DNA from: Alphaproteobacteria bacterium | Lineage (GTDB): Bacteria; Pseudomonadota; Alphaproteobacteria; Micavibrionales; UBA1664 | Direction of reading: 5' to 3' | Assembly (NCBI GenBank): GCA_035906295.1 | Contig: JAMIFL010000159.1 | Span: 1-53,791 of the forward strand | DNA: 53,791 nucleotides | Shown here: in pieces, positions 23,958-34,838 of the stretch | Numbering within the stretch: position 1 is the stretch's first letter | How the letters are laid out: each line of letters opens with the position of its first letter | Notes under the pieces: model-generated | Seen by the model: the letters and a program-made list of their open reading frames with translations, nothing else | What the model was told of the DNA's origin: nothing | The model's database searches: none | Made by a program: the position numbers and the translations under genes

Positions 23958-26900
23958 TCAGGACGGTGCGCGCCCGCGCGGTTTTGGCGCGCGCGGCCCC
24001 GTGTACTGGAACCCGCCCTTGTCCGGCAGCGTGGTGATGATGGCGTCGGCGTTTTCAACATGCGCCGCGCGCAAGGTGGCGCGGATGTTGAAGATGGCGG
24101 CGTAGGCCGTTTTTTCCGGGTGCCTGTGCGTGGGGTAGATTTCGGCCCCCAGCGTGCGCGCGGCCACCGGCTCCGCCCGCTGGTTGAACAGGCGGCGCAG
24201 CACCTTGTAATGCGTCTGCGAGAAGCCCTTGTCCGTGCCGGCAATCATGGCGGGCTTGCCGGAATCGGGCGCGTATTGGATGCGGAAATCGCCGAAATCC
24301 ATGCTGTGCGCGGTATCCAGCGCGGGCGTAGCTGGCGGCACCGGCGCCATCTGCACCCGGCCATCGGCGTCGAATGCCAGCAACGGCGCGTCGCCGGACA
24401 GGCCGGGCAGCGCCGCATTCAGGCGCGCCAGTACGCCGGGCAGGTAGCCGGACAGGGCCTTGTTTTCAGGCGCGATCGTCATGGCGAGGTCCCGGCGGCT
24501 GACCCATTCGCCGCGCCGTTCGGGCGCCGCCAGGTGCAGCAGGATGCGCCCGCCGAGATTGGAGACCGCGACCTGCGTGTCGCCACGGGCGACCACGGCG
24601 TCCTTCATCGAGTTTTCCTGCAGCGTGACGGAGAAATTATCGAAGCCATGCGTGACCGGCGGCTGGCTGGCGGCCGGTTTCGGCGCGCGCGTTTTTTCGG
24701 CCACGGGGGCTGCGGGCGGCTGGGTCTGGCCCGGCGCCGCGAAACACACGCCATGCCCGTTGGCGGCATAAAGGGTGGTCTCGGCCGCGTCGCCCATGGC
24801 TTTTTGCAGGACGGCGCGCGCGGCGTCGATGGTGCGCTTGGCCATGACGTAGCGGGATGCGTCAGTCCCTTCGAACAGCGTTTGCCCGATGCTGGCGCGC
24901 GACACCCACGCGCCGCGCCGGGCATGCAGCAGGTCGAACAGCGCGAGTACAGCGCGCGGCACCACCACGTCCGTGCCGGTCACCGTGGCCGCGTCCTTGC
25001 GGCCCGTGGGCTGGATGGTGACGCTGAACGGGCCGAAATCGCGCAGTTCCGGTTCGGGTTTTTTGGGCGGGGCGGGCAGGTCGGGGCAGGGCTGGCCCTG
25101 TTTCGCCACGGTTATGCCGTGCTTGTTTTCGATGCGGAAGACCCGCGCGCGCCCTTCGGGCCCCAGCGCCTGTTCGAATGCGGCTTCGATTTTGGGCAGA
25201 ACCGTGCGCAGGTTGGAAACGAAGCATTTATCGTCCGGCGAAACGGCCTGCCCGATCTGCGCACGGCTGACCCATGTGCCGCGCAGGGCCGGACCCGCCG
25301 CGTGGCGGATGATTTTGACCGCCACCTGTGAAATGAGGCGCCGTCCCTGCGCCCCTTCCAGCAGCGCCATTTTGTGGGCGCCGAGGTCGTGGATTTTGAA
25401 ATCGCCGAAATCCTCGGTGCCGAGAATGCGGGGCTGGGTTTGTTGGGGTTTGACGCCCCGTTCGGCAGTAGGCTTGGAGATGGACTGGCGCGTGGCCGGT
25501 GCGGGGTCCGGAATGCTTTCCGGTTCCAGCGTTTCACCGGGGCGCAGCAGGCGCATGCGGCCATTGCGCACCAGCAGGATGTCGGTGGCCTTGCCGGTTT
25601 GCCCGCGCACGGCCAGCTCGCCGTCGAATGCGCGGCGCAGCTCCGCCGTCACGCCGCTCAGGCTGGCATCGCGGTTCTGCATTGCCGGGAAAAGGGCGCG
25701 GCCCAGCGCATCGCGGTCAAGGAACATGCCGGGCGCGGCATGCAGGTGTTGCAGCAGGCCGAAAGCCCCGCCGCTCAACGCACGGTCGCTGCCTGCCACG
25801 AGCCGCGCGCGCTGCTTGCGGTCATGCACGTTGACGGTGAACCAGCCGAAATCATGCGCTACCGGCGGCGATTCAGGTTTGGGTTCTGCCGCCGGCCTGG
25901 GAGCTGGTTTCGCGGCGGGCTTGTTGCGCGTCCTGCCGCTGCCGGCGCGGTGGGAAAACTGCTGGCGCAAACTGCCGGTTACTGTGGGAGGGGTCACCGC
26001 GGGCGTGGCCGGTTTGGGAAGGATCGGTGCGCGGACGGGCTGTGCTGCCGGTGTGGACGATGCGGCCACGGGCATCATGATGCGCTGGGCATGGCGCAGC
26101 TCACGTTGCAGCGCGTCCGTTTCCTGCCCCAGCATGTCGGTGAGCCGCGCCAGCGACGGGCGGATATGCGCCGGAACGAGATGGGTGACATACAGCACGA
26201 AGCGCAGCGGCGTAAGCTCGGCATAAGCGTCGGCGACGGCCACGCCGTGGGCGGGACCGAGCAGCGCACGCGCCCATGACAGGTGCGTGTCGTCCGGCTC
26301 ACCGTCCACGTCTGCGGCGGGTGGGGGCGTATAGGCGGTGAATGCGGCTGGCGCGGGCGCGGGTTTGGGGGGTGCCGCTGGCGTGGAATCTTCGGCCCCG
26401 TCTTCTGCCCCGTCTTCCGCCGTATCGGACGGCCCCGCGTCGCCGGTATCGCCGTCGGCCTTCGCGGCTTTTTTGCCGCGTGCCGGGCCGTCGGGCGCGC
26501 GCAGAAGGGTTGAGAGCTGGGTATAGGTTTCCTGCACCGGCGTGCCGCGCACGGCCTGCGTCCAGTAAGCGACGGTGTAGGCCACGCGTTCGAACAGGTC
26601 GAAGTAATCGAGCGAGTGTCCCGCGCTGGTGTTCGGGTTTTCGTTCCGCGCGCGCATGTAGCCGACGATTTCGCGCAAAACCCCGGTCAGTTGCGCCGGG
26701 TCCGTCACGCGGGCGCGTTGCTCAAGCCCGGGCAGGTGGGTGGAAAGCGCGCGGCCCTGCACCTTGACCGGCTTCGCCTTTTTGACCGCGGTATAAAGGG
26801 CTTCCAGCGCTTTTTCCGCCGTGTCGTTTGCGACCGGCGCCAGTTTCGCGATATGCGCGCCGTGCGCCACCAGATGCGTGCCCGTTCCGTCCGGGTTGCC

Positions 26901-27062
26901 GAGGAAGCGGCCCTGCACCAGCGTCAGGTCCTGCCCCGCGATGATTTTTTCCTCGATGCCGTGGAAGATGAACCACGCGCCGGTGCGGGTATCCACCCCC
27001 AGCTGGCCCGGAATCCATTGTTCAACGGGCGGCAGTTTTTTCGCGGCGGCTTTGGGCGGCAT
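23958..27062 (-). CDS. large multi-winged-helix protein: unknown N-terminal region plus five tandem OmpR/PhoB-type (Trans_reg_C-like) DNA-binding modules
   Basis: An uninterrupted 1034-codon ORF. Five modules of about 100 aa each begin with a DFGxF-type strand (HDFGWFTV, EDFGDFKI, RDFGPFSV, HGFDNFSV, MDFGDFRI). Each follows the PhoB/OmpR C-terminal domain pattern. For example, module 5 MDFGDFRIQYAPDSGKPAMIAGTDKGFSQTHYKVLRRLFNQRAEPVAARTLGAEIYP...AYAAIFNIRATLRAA....IITTLPDKGGFQY compares with PhoB [49 protein letters not shown]...VDVHIRRLRKAL....VQTVRGTGYRF. The modules are joined by Pro-rich linkers. No receiver domain and no TM segment are present. Confidence 0.85.
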   Translation of the reverse strand: MPPKAAAKKLPPVEQWIPGQLGVDTRTGAWFIFHGIEEKIIAGQDLTLVQGRFLGNPDGTGTHLVAHGAHIAKLAPVANDTAEKALEALYTAVKKAKPVKVQGRALSTHLPGLEQRARVTDPAQLTGVLREIVGYMRARNENPNTSAGHSLDYFDLFERVAYTVAYWTQAVRGTPVQETYTQLSTLLRAPDGPARGKKAAKADGDTGDAGPSDTAEDGAEDGAEDSTPAAPPKPAPAPAAFTAYTPPPAADVDGEPDDTHLSWARALLGPAHGVAVADAYAELTPLRFVLYVTHLVPAHIRPSLARLTDMLGQETDALQRELRHAQRIMMPVAASSTPAAQPVRAPILPKPATPAVTPPTVTGSLRQQFSHRAGSGRTRNKPAAKPAPRPAAEPKPESPPVAHDFGWFTVNVHDRKQRARLVAGSDRALSGGAFGLLQHLHAAPGMFLDRDALGRALFPAMQNRDASLSGVTAELRRAFDGELAVRGQTGKATDILLVRNGRMRLLRPGETLEPESIPDPAPATRQSISKPTAERGVKPQQTQPRILGTEDFGDFKIHDLGAHKMALLEGAQGRRLISQVAVKIIRHAAGPALRGTWVSRAQIGQAVSPDDKCFVSNLRTVLPKIEAAFEQALGPEGRARVFRIENKHGITVAKQGQPCPDLPAPPKKPEPELRDFGPFSVTIQPTGRKDAATVTGTDVVVPRAVLALFDLLHARRGAWVSRASIGQTLFEGTDASRYVMAKRTIDAARAVLQKAMGDAAETTLYAANGHGVCFAAPGQTQPPAAPVAEKTRAPKPAASQPPVTHGFDNFSVTLQENSMKDAVVARGDTQVAVSNLGGRILLHLAAPERRGEWVSRRDLAMTIAPENKALSGYLPGVLARLNAALPGLSGDAPLLAFDADGRVQMAPVPPATPALDTAHSMDFGDFRIQYAPDSGKPAMIAGTDKGFSQTHYKVLRRLFNQRAEPVAARTLGAEIYPTHRHPEKTAYAAIFNIRATLRAAHVENADAIITTLPDKGGFQYTGPRAPKPRGRAPS
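24000..25856 (-). repeat. protein-level tandem array of five winged-helix modules within the 1034-aa ORF
   Basis: Module coordinates from my residue count: aa 403-508 = 25539-25856; aa 550-656 = 25095-25415; aa 674-776 = 24735-25043; aa 805-906 = 24345-24650; aa 921-1021 = 24000-24302. The repeats are diverged. I noticed no nucleotide-level repeat. Confidence 0.75.
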
Positions 27063-27200
27063 GGGTCTTTCCTCGAACGTCGTGGCAGACAGTATGTCTA
27101 TGGAAATAATAAAGTTACGTCAAACGCCGAATATGCGTGAAGCCGGGATAAGCGGCGGGCGATTGTTGCGGGGGGCTGCCGAAGGCATTAAAACAATTTT

Positions 27201-28925
<1,725 letters not shown>

Positions 28926-28956
28926 TTCCAGGGTCCCGATTTCAAGGAGTGACGTC

Positions 28957-29772
28957 ATGAAAATCATGACCTGGAACATCAATTCCGTGCGCCTGCGCAA
29001 GGACCTCGTCCTGCGTGCCATCAGCGAACTGGACCCCGACATCGTCTGCCTGCAGGAGACGAAAAGCCCCGATGAATTGTTCCCGCTGAAGACCTTCGTC
29101 GATGCCGGTTTCAAACACGTCCACATGAACGGCATGAAGGGCTATAACGGCGTCGCCATCCTCTCCCGCCATGAATTTCAGGCGTACGACCGCTGGGATC
29201 GCGTGGGTAAATCCGACTGCCGCCACGCCGCTGTAAGCGTACAGGTCAAAAATTTTAAAAAACCGCTGCAAATTCATAACCTGTACGTGCCCGCAGGTGG
29301 TGATATTCCTGATGTTGAGGTGAATGATAAATTCGCGCACAAACTCAGTTTCGTTGACGAAATGAAGACCTTTTTTGCCGATAATTACACGCGTACGGAC
29401 CCTATGATAACGCTGGGTGATTTCAACATCGCGCCGCTGGAACACGACGTGTGGTCGCACAGGCAATTGCTCGACGTGGTCAGCCACACGCCCATCGAGG
29501 TGGAGAAACTGAACGCCATGCAGGACTCCCTCAAATGGGTCGACGGCGTGCGCAGCTTCGTGCCGGAAGACCAGAAGCTCTATAGCTGGTGGTCGTACCG
29601 GAATAAGGATTGGAAGGCATCGAACCGTGGCCGCCGTCTCGACCACATCTGGGTGACGCCGGCGCTTAAGGAGTCGGTGAAGGATTATAAAATCCTGAAA
29701 GACACCCGCGACTGGGTCCAGACCAGCGACCACGTTCCCGTGCTGCTCGACCTCGACCTCAAGGCCGCTTAA
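28957..29772 (+). CDS. xthA: exodeoxyribonuclease III
   Basis: I use the internal start of ORF 28861..29772. The ATG at 28957 is preceded by AAGGAG. MKIMTWNINSVRLR, DIVCLQETK, and a C-terminal SDHVPV. Confidence 0.93.
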   Translation: MKIMTWNINSVRLRKDLVLRAISELDPDIVCLQETKSPDELFPLKTFVDAGFKHVHMNGMKGYNGVAILSRHEFQAYDRWDRVGKSDCRHAAVSVQVKNFKKPLQIHNLYVPAGGDIPDVEVNDKFAHKLSFVDEMKTFFADNYTRTDPMITLGDFNIAPLEHDVWSHRQLLDVVSHTPIEVEKLNAMQDSLKWVDGVRSFVPEDQKLYSWWSYRNKDWKASNRGRRLDHIWVTPALKESVKDYKILKDTRDWVQTSDHVPVLLDLDLKAA

Positions 29773-29810
29773 GCCACCGCGATTCCCATACCGGCCCGAT
29801 TCCCATACCG

Positions 29811-30128
29811 ATGCGAACGGGGTATAACCACCCTATGGAAACGCCGGATAAACCTCCCCTGAAGTCGCTCGAAGAATACCGGGCTGACATCGACCGTCTC
29901 GATAACGCCATCGTCGACCTGCTGGTCGAACGGTTTCAAATTGTCGCCAGTGTCGGGCGCCTGAAAGCCCGTGACGGCATTGCGGTCGTTCAATCGGCCC
30001 GTGCCGAGCAGGTGAAAGAGCGTGTAGCCGCCATGGCCTCTGCAAAGGGTCTGGACGGGGACCTGCTGCGCGACATCTATACCCTCATGATTGATCACGC
30101 CCACGTTCTCGAACAGGATATGACATAA
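29811..30128 (+). CDS. chorismate mutase (AroQ class)
   Basis: 105-aa ORF, or 97 aa from the alternative start at 29835. [33 protein letters not shown] is a typical CM_2 helix 1. Confidence 0.85.
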   Translation: MRTGYNHPMETPDKPPLKSLEEYRADIDRLDNAIVDLLVERFQIVASVGRLKARDGIAVVQSARAEQVKERVAAMASAKGLDGDLLRDIYTLMIDHAHVLEQDMT

Positions 30129-30973
30129 TGGGAATTGTTAAGACCGGCCTCCTGATGGGGGTAATGACCGCGTTGTTCATGGGCATTGGCGGCATGGTGG
30201 GCGGGCAGAGCGGGGCTATGTTCGCCTTCGCCATCGCCGCCGTGATGAACATGGTCGCCTACTGGAACAGCGACAAAATGGCCCTGCGCTATTACCGCGC
30301 CGTCCCGGCGGATGAAAACAACGCCCCCGGCCTGACGGCCATGACCGTCCAGATGGCAACCAATGCCGGCCTGCCCAGTCCGCGTGTCTATGTTTTCGAT
30401 AATGAGCAGCCCAACGCCTTTGCCACGGGCCGCAACCCGCAAAACGCAGCCGTAGCCGTGTCAACCGGGCTGCTGCGCCGCCTGAACATGGCGGAAATCG
30501 CGGGGGTCGTGGCGCATGAACTGGCCCATATCAAGAACCGCGACACGCTTATCATGACGGTCACGGCGACGCTGGCCGGGGCCATCGGCTGGCTCGCCAA
30601 CCTCGCCGTGTTCTTCGGCCCGCGTGACGCACAGGGGCGGAGCAACCCCCTGATGGGCCTGCTGGTCATGATCTTCGCGCCCATGGCCGCGGCCCTCGTG
30701 CAAATGGCCGTCAGCCGCGCCCGGGAGTATGAGGCCGATCGCATCGGCGCCGAGATTTGCGGCCGCCCCCACTGGCTTGCGGATGCGCTGGAAAAGATTT
30801 CCGGTGCGGCCCATGTGACCGACAATATGCGTGCCGAGGCGAACCCGGCGACGGCCCATATGTTCATCATCAACCCGTTGCACGTCCGCAAGGTGGATAG
30901 CCTGTTCAAAACCCACCCGCCGACCCAGGAACGCATCCGCCGCCTGCGTGAAATGACCCTCAATGGCCAATAA
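30128..30973 (+). CDS. htpX: zinc metalloprotease HtpX (M48 family)
   Basis: 281-aa membrane ORF with [10 protein letters not shown] (HExxH) and a downstream EYEADR glutamate ligand region. Confidence 0.93.
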   Translation: MGIVKTGLLMGVMTALFMGIGGMVGGQSGAMFAFAIAAVMNMVAYWNSDKMALRYYRAVPADENNAPGLTAMTVQMATNAGLPSPRVYVFDNEQPNAFATGRNPQNAAVAVSTGLLRRLNMAEIAGVVAHELAHIKNRDTLIMTVTATLAGAIGWLANLAVFFGPRDAQGRSNPLMGLLVMIFAPMAAALVQMAVSRAREYEADRIGAEICGRPHWLADALEKISGAAHVTDNMRAEANPATAHMFIINPLHVRKVDSLFKTHPPTQERIRRLREMTLNGQ

Positions 30974-32306
30974 TTCTGAATTGGAACAGGGTGTTGCTAC
31001 ACGCCTTGCCGCGGTTCATGTGCTTGAAGCCGTGCTCGACCGACAACTGACGCTGGACGAAGCCTTAACCCGCATCGCCAAAAAATCGAGACTTGGAGAC
31101 GATGACAGGCGTCTGGTTCACGCCATCGCTGCCAGTGTTTTCAGGAACTTACCCTACATTGACGACGCATTGAAGCGTCTGATGCAGCGCGATTCCGACC
31201 CCCGTCCGAAGCTGCTGCACCACCTGCTCAGGGTGGGGGTGGCCCAGCTTTGGTACCTCGCGGTAGCCCCGCATGCTGCGGTTCATACCTGTGTGTCAGC
31301 CGCTGTGTCACTGAAGCTCAATACTCGTAAAAGCCTTGTAAACGCTGTGCTTCGCGCGGCGCAGCGTGAGCATGATGCGGGGGTCACGCCTGAAACGGAT
31401 GCGCTGAAACTGATGGCCCCATGGCTGGCCGAACGCTGGGTTAAGAATTATGGCCAGTCCAAAGCCCATGACCTTGCTATGGCCATGCGGCAGGAAGCCC
31501 CCATTGATGTAACCATGAAAGACCCTCAGGCATCACTTGAATGGGCGCGCTTGAACGGCGGTGAAGAGGTGCTTCCCGGCGCGGTTCGGGTGCTGCATCA
31601 CCCCGGTCAGGTTACGTCATGGCCCGGATTCGATGTCGGTGCGTGGTGGGTGCAGGATCTTGCTTCTTCTTTGCCAATCAAGCTCTTAAGTAATGTCTCA
31701 GGAAAGTCGGTTCTGGATATGTGCGCCGCACCGGGCGGTAAGACCATGCAACTGGCTGCACTGGGTGCAAAGGTCACTGCACTGGACGCTGCACCGGCGC
31801 GCATGGCACGGCTTACCGAAAATCTTGCCCGCACCGGCCTGAGCCAACGGGTCGAAACACTGGTCGCAGACGCACGCACATGGCAACCCAAGGTCGGCCC
31901 GGCTGACCAACCTCATGTATTTGATGCAGTGGTGCTCGACGCCCCATGCTCCGCAACCGGTACTTTAAGGCGTCACCCCGAACTGCCTTGGATTCATTCA
32001 CAAAATCAGGTTGAAAAGATGACCCTGATCCAGCGTGACTTGCTGCGACGCGCATGCGACTGGGCCGTAAACGGGGGTGTTGTGCTGTATATCACCTGCT
32101 CCATGGAGCCGGAGGAGGGTGAGGCGCAGGTTGAATCATTGCTGGCTGAACGCAATGATATCAAGCTGATAAGCGATATGCCTGCACTGATGCATCCGTA
32201 TTTGCAGCCCGGTTTCAATAACATTGGTTTCCGCACGAATCCTGCCATCCAGACCCCCGCGGGCGGCATGGACGGGTTCTTCATGGCCCTTTTGAAAAAG
32301 GTATAA
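30963..32306 (+). CDS. rsmB: 16S rRNA (cytosine967-C5)-methyltransferase RsmB/Sun family
   Basis: 447-aa ORF with an N-terminal NusB-like region, the SAM motif [10 protein letters not shown] and catalytic [15 protein letters not shown]. Confidence 0.9.
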   Translation: MANNSELEQGVATRLAAVHVLEAVLDRQLTLDEALTRIAKKSRLGDDDRRLVHAIAASVFRNLPYIDDALKRLMQRDSDPRPKLLHHLLRVGVAQLWYLAVAPHAAVHTCVSAAVSLKLNTRKSLVNAVLRAAQREHDAGVTPETDALKLMAPWLAERWVKNYGQSKAHDLAMAMRQEAPIDVTMKDPQASLEWARLNGGEEVLPGAVRVLHHPGQVTSWPGFDVGAWWVQDLASSLPIKLLSNVSGKSVLDMCAAPGGKTMQLAALGAKVTALDAAPARMARLTENLARTGLSQRVETLVADARTWQPKVGPADQPHVFDAVVLDAPCSATGTLRRHPELPWIHSQNQVEKMTLIQRDLLRRACDWAVNGGVVLYITCSMEPEEGEAQVESLLAERNDIKLISDMPALMHPYLQPGFNNIGFRTNPAIQTPAGGMDGFFMALLKKV

Positions 32307-32412
32307 ATTTCAATGCACTTGCATTGATTAGCCCAAGTCGAATCCCTATACTTTAAGGAAGCTGCGCCGGTTTCTCAGGTTGCGGAAAAAATCATAAATA
32401 TTTCAAGGTCCT

Positions 32413-33075
32413 ATGTCTTCATCCTCCGCAATCCGCATTGCGCCCTCCATTCTTTCCGCTGATTTTTCGAAACTGGGGGACGAGGTCCGCGCCATCGATG
32501 AAGCCGGGGCCGATTACATCCATGTCGACGTGATGGACGGGCATTTCGTGCCGAACATCACGATGGGGCCGAATGTGGTGGCCTCCATCCGCCCCCATAC
32601 CAAAAAGGTGATGGACGTGCATCTGATGATCGCGCCCGCGGACCCGTTCCTCGAATCCTTCGCGAAGGCCGGGGCTGACATCATCACCATCCACCCGGAA
32701 GCGGGCCCGCATCTCCACCGCTCGCTCCAGACCATTAGGGCGTTAGGGAAAAAAGCAGGCGTGGCCCTCAACCCCGGCACCCCCGTCAACATTCTCGATA
32801 ACATCATGGACCTCGTGGACATGGTGCTCATCATGACCGTCAACCCCGGCTTCGGCGGGCAGGCGTATATTCCGCTGGAAGACAAAATCGCCGAAGCCCG
32901 TAAACGCATTACGGCCACTGGCCGCGCCATCGACCTCGAAGTCGACGGCGGCGTCACGCCCGAAACGGCCAAGAAAGTCATCGCCGCCGGTGCCGATGTG
33001 CTGGTGGCGGGCACCGCCGTTTTCAAGGGCGGCCCCGGTCAGTACGCTGCCGCCATCAAAGCCCTTCGTCCGTGA
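32413..33075 (+). CDS. rpe: ribulose-phosphate 3-epimerase
   Basis: 220-aa [47 protein letters not shown]. Confidence 0.96.
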   Translation: MSSSSAIRIAPSILSADFSKLGDEVRAIDEAGADYIHVDVMDGHFVPNITMGPNVVASIRPHTKKVMDVHLMIAPADPFLESFAKAGADIITIHPEAGPHLHRSLQTIRALGKKAGVALNPGTPVNILDNIMDLVDMVLIMTVNPGFGGQAYIPLEDKIAEARKRITATGRAIDLEVDGGVTPETAKKVIAAGADVLVAGTAVFKGGPGQYAAAIKALRP

Positions 33076-33086
33076 GGGTCGTTTAG

Positions 33087-34724
33087 ATGACCCTGCTGTC
33101 CAACCTGTTCGATCCGGCCCGTTCGCGGGGACCCATGCGCGCGCTGGCCCGGCCTTTGTATACGTGGAGCCTGACCGGCGGCGGCATTCCCGACCGGCTG
33201 GTGGTTTTGCCGCCCGACCCGTGGGCGGGCGACGCGGGCCGTGGCCGCTGGGTCGCGAACCGCATGCTGGACGTGGCGGGACGGCGGATTTCCATGGACC
33301 CGAAGGCGTGGTCCTGCACGGAACTGGCGCATTGCGCCCCCCTGCACGGGTTTGAATGGCTGCGCGACTTGCGCGCTCTGGGCGGGGACCAGTCCCGCCG
33401 CCTTGGCCGCCAGCTCATGCAGGAATGGATGACGGCGCAGGTTAAATGGCAGGACGGCGTGTGGGATTTCCCCGTGACCGCCAACCGCCTTGCATCGTGG
33501 CTGATGGGCTATGACTTTTTCTGCGCCAGCGGCGACGACCAGTTTCTGCAGGCGTTTTACGCCTCCCTCATCCGGCAGGTCCGCCACCTCGACCGGGTCA
33601 ACCCCGCCGACATCGCGGGGCTGGACGCGCTTTCGGTCATCCGGGCGCAGATTTTTGCAGGGTTAGGCCTCGAAGGCGGCGAAGCCCGCCTCGAACACGC
33701 CCTTGGCTGGTGCGACCACTGGATCATGCATGAACTGGACGGCGAGGGGATGCACGTTTCCCGCAGTCCGGTACAGGCCGTTGCCGCGGCAAGGCAGCTC
33801 ATCGACATTCGCGGCGCGCTGGTGCGTGCCGGTTATGCAGCGCCGACCGCCTTGCAGGCGGCCATCGATCGCATCATCCACGCCATCCGCTTCTTCCGCA
33901 TGCCGGACGGGCGCCTTGCCTGTTTCAACGGCAGCCAGGAAGACGACGCCACCGCGCTCGATACGCTGGTGCGCGTCAGCGGCGTGCGTATCAGAAAGCC
34001 GTTGAGCCAGCTTGAAAGCAGCGGATTCGAGTCATTGGTGCGCGAACGCGTGTCAATTTTGGTCGATTGCGGCCTGTCCCCGAGTCATCCGCACGATAAA
34101 GGCCATCACGCGGGGCCGCTGGCGTTTGAAATGTCCGTTGGCCGCGACCGGATGATTGTGAATTGCGGGACCCACCCCGGCGACGCCGCATGGGCCGACC
34201 ATTTACGCGCGACGGCGGCGCATTCCGGACTCACGGTCGATGACCGCAACGCCTTTGAAATCTGCGCCGACGGCCACATTGGCCGGGCCGCGAACCATGT
34301 CGCCGCGCGGCGTGATCTGGCGCAAGCGGGACTCATCCTCACCATGTCGCATGATGGCTACGTGCCGCTGAATGGTCTCATTCATACCCGCCGCATGACT
34401 CTCTCTCAAGGGGGGGACGAACTGACCGGCGAGGACTGGCTGGCATCGGACGTGCCGCTGGTGAAGCCCGCGACCTTCGCCATCCGCTTCCACCTCCACC
34501 CCCGGGTGCAGGCCTCCCTCATTCAGGACGGGCATGCGGCGCTGCTGCGCCTGCCTTCGGGCGACGGCTGGCGGTTTTCCAAGACTCAAGGCCAGCTCAG
34601 CCTTGAATCAAGCATCTATTGCGGGTCGGGCACGACCCCGCGCAAGACCCAGCAGCTCGTCATTTCCGGCACGTGCGAGGGCAATGGCTGCCAGATGGGC
34701 TGGAGCTTCCGCGAGGAAGCGTAA
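33087..34724 (+). CDS. heparinase II/III family protein
   Basis: 545-aa ORF. The N-terminal PDPWAGDAGRGRWV motif and its position directly after rpe are typical of the alphaproteobacterial heparinase II/III-like gene. Confidence 0.78.
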   Translation: MTLLSNLFDPARSRGPMRALARPLYTWSLTGGGIPDRLVVLPPDPWAGDAGRGRWVANRMLDVAGRRISMDPKAWSCTELAHCAPLHGFEWLRDLRALGGDQSRRLGRQLMQEWMTAQVKWQDGVWDFPVTANRLASWLMGYDFFCASGDDQFLQAFYASLIRQVRHLDRVNPADIAGLDALSVIRAQIFAGLGLEGGEARLEHALGWCDHWIMHELDGEGMHVSRSPVQAVAAARQLIDIRGALVRAGYAAPTALQAAIDRIIHAIRFFRMPDGRLACFNGSQEDDATALDTLVRVSGVRIRKPLSQLESSGFESLVRERVSILVDCGLSPSHPHDKGHHAGPLAFEMSVGRDRMIVNCGTHPGDAAWADHLRATAAHSGLTVDDRNAFEICADGHIGRAANHVAARRDLAQAGLILTMSHDGYVPLNGLIHTRRMTLSQGGDELTGEDWLASDVPLVKPATFAIRFHLHPRVQASLIQDGHAALLRLPSGDGWRFSKTQGQLSLESSIYCGSGTTPRKTQQLVISGTCEGNGCQMGWSFREEA

Positions 34725-34783
34725 ACCAAACGCCTGCTTCCGCGAAGAAGCGTAAAGAAGCGTAAAAGCGCCGAGTCATGAAA

Positions 34784-34810
34784 GCGGCGGTACTGAATCA
34801 GCACCGCCGC
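34784..34810. terminator. bidirectional stem-loop between convergent genes
   Basis: GCGGCGGT (34784-34791), an 11-nt loop, ACCGCCGC (34803-34810). It is preceded by three copies of GAAGCGTAAA in 34716-34770. Confidence 0.5.
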
Positions 34811-34838
34811 ATAAGATTCAAAACGTTGAAAAGATTCG

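Noticed and set aside
23797-24105. 102-aa plus-strand ORF
   Set aside because: It runs straight through the SRP RNA gene and into the 3' end of the 1034-aa gene on the opposite strand.
24060-26279. Three long plus-strand ORFs (423, 445 and 301 aa) overlapping the 1034-aa gene
   Set aside because: Their composition is Arg/Ala/Gly/Pro-dominated, as is typical of antisense frames in GC-rich DNA. They are fragmented and mutually overlapping. The minus frame is a single uninterrupted ORF with a periodic domain pattern.
32311-32326. Palindrome CAATGCA-CT-TGCATTG upstream of rpe as a regulatory site
   Set aside because: It is a single 7-bp-arm palindrome in an AT-rich spacer, with no second copy and no associated regulator. 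That is too little evidence to call.
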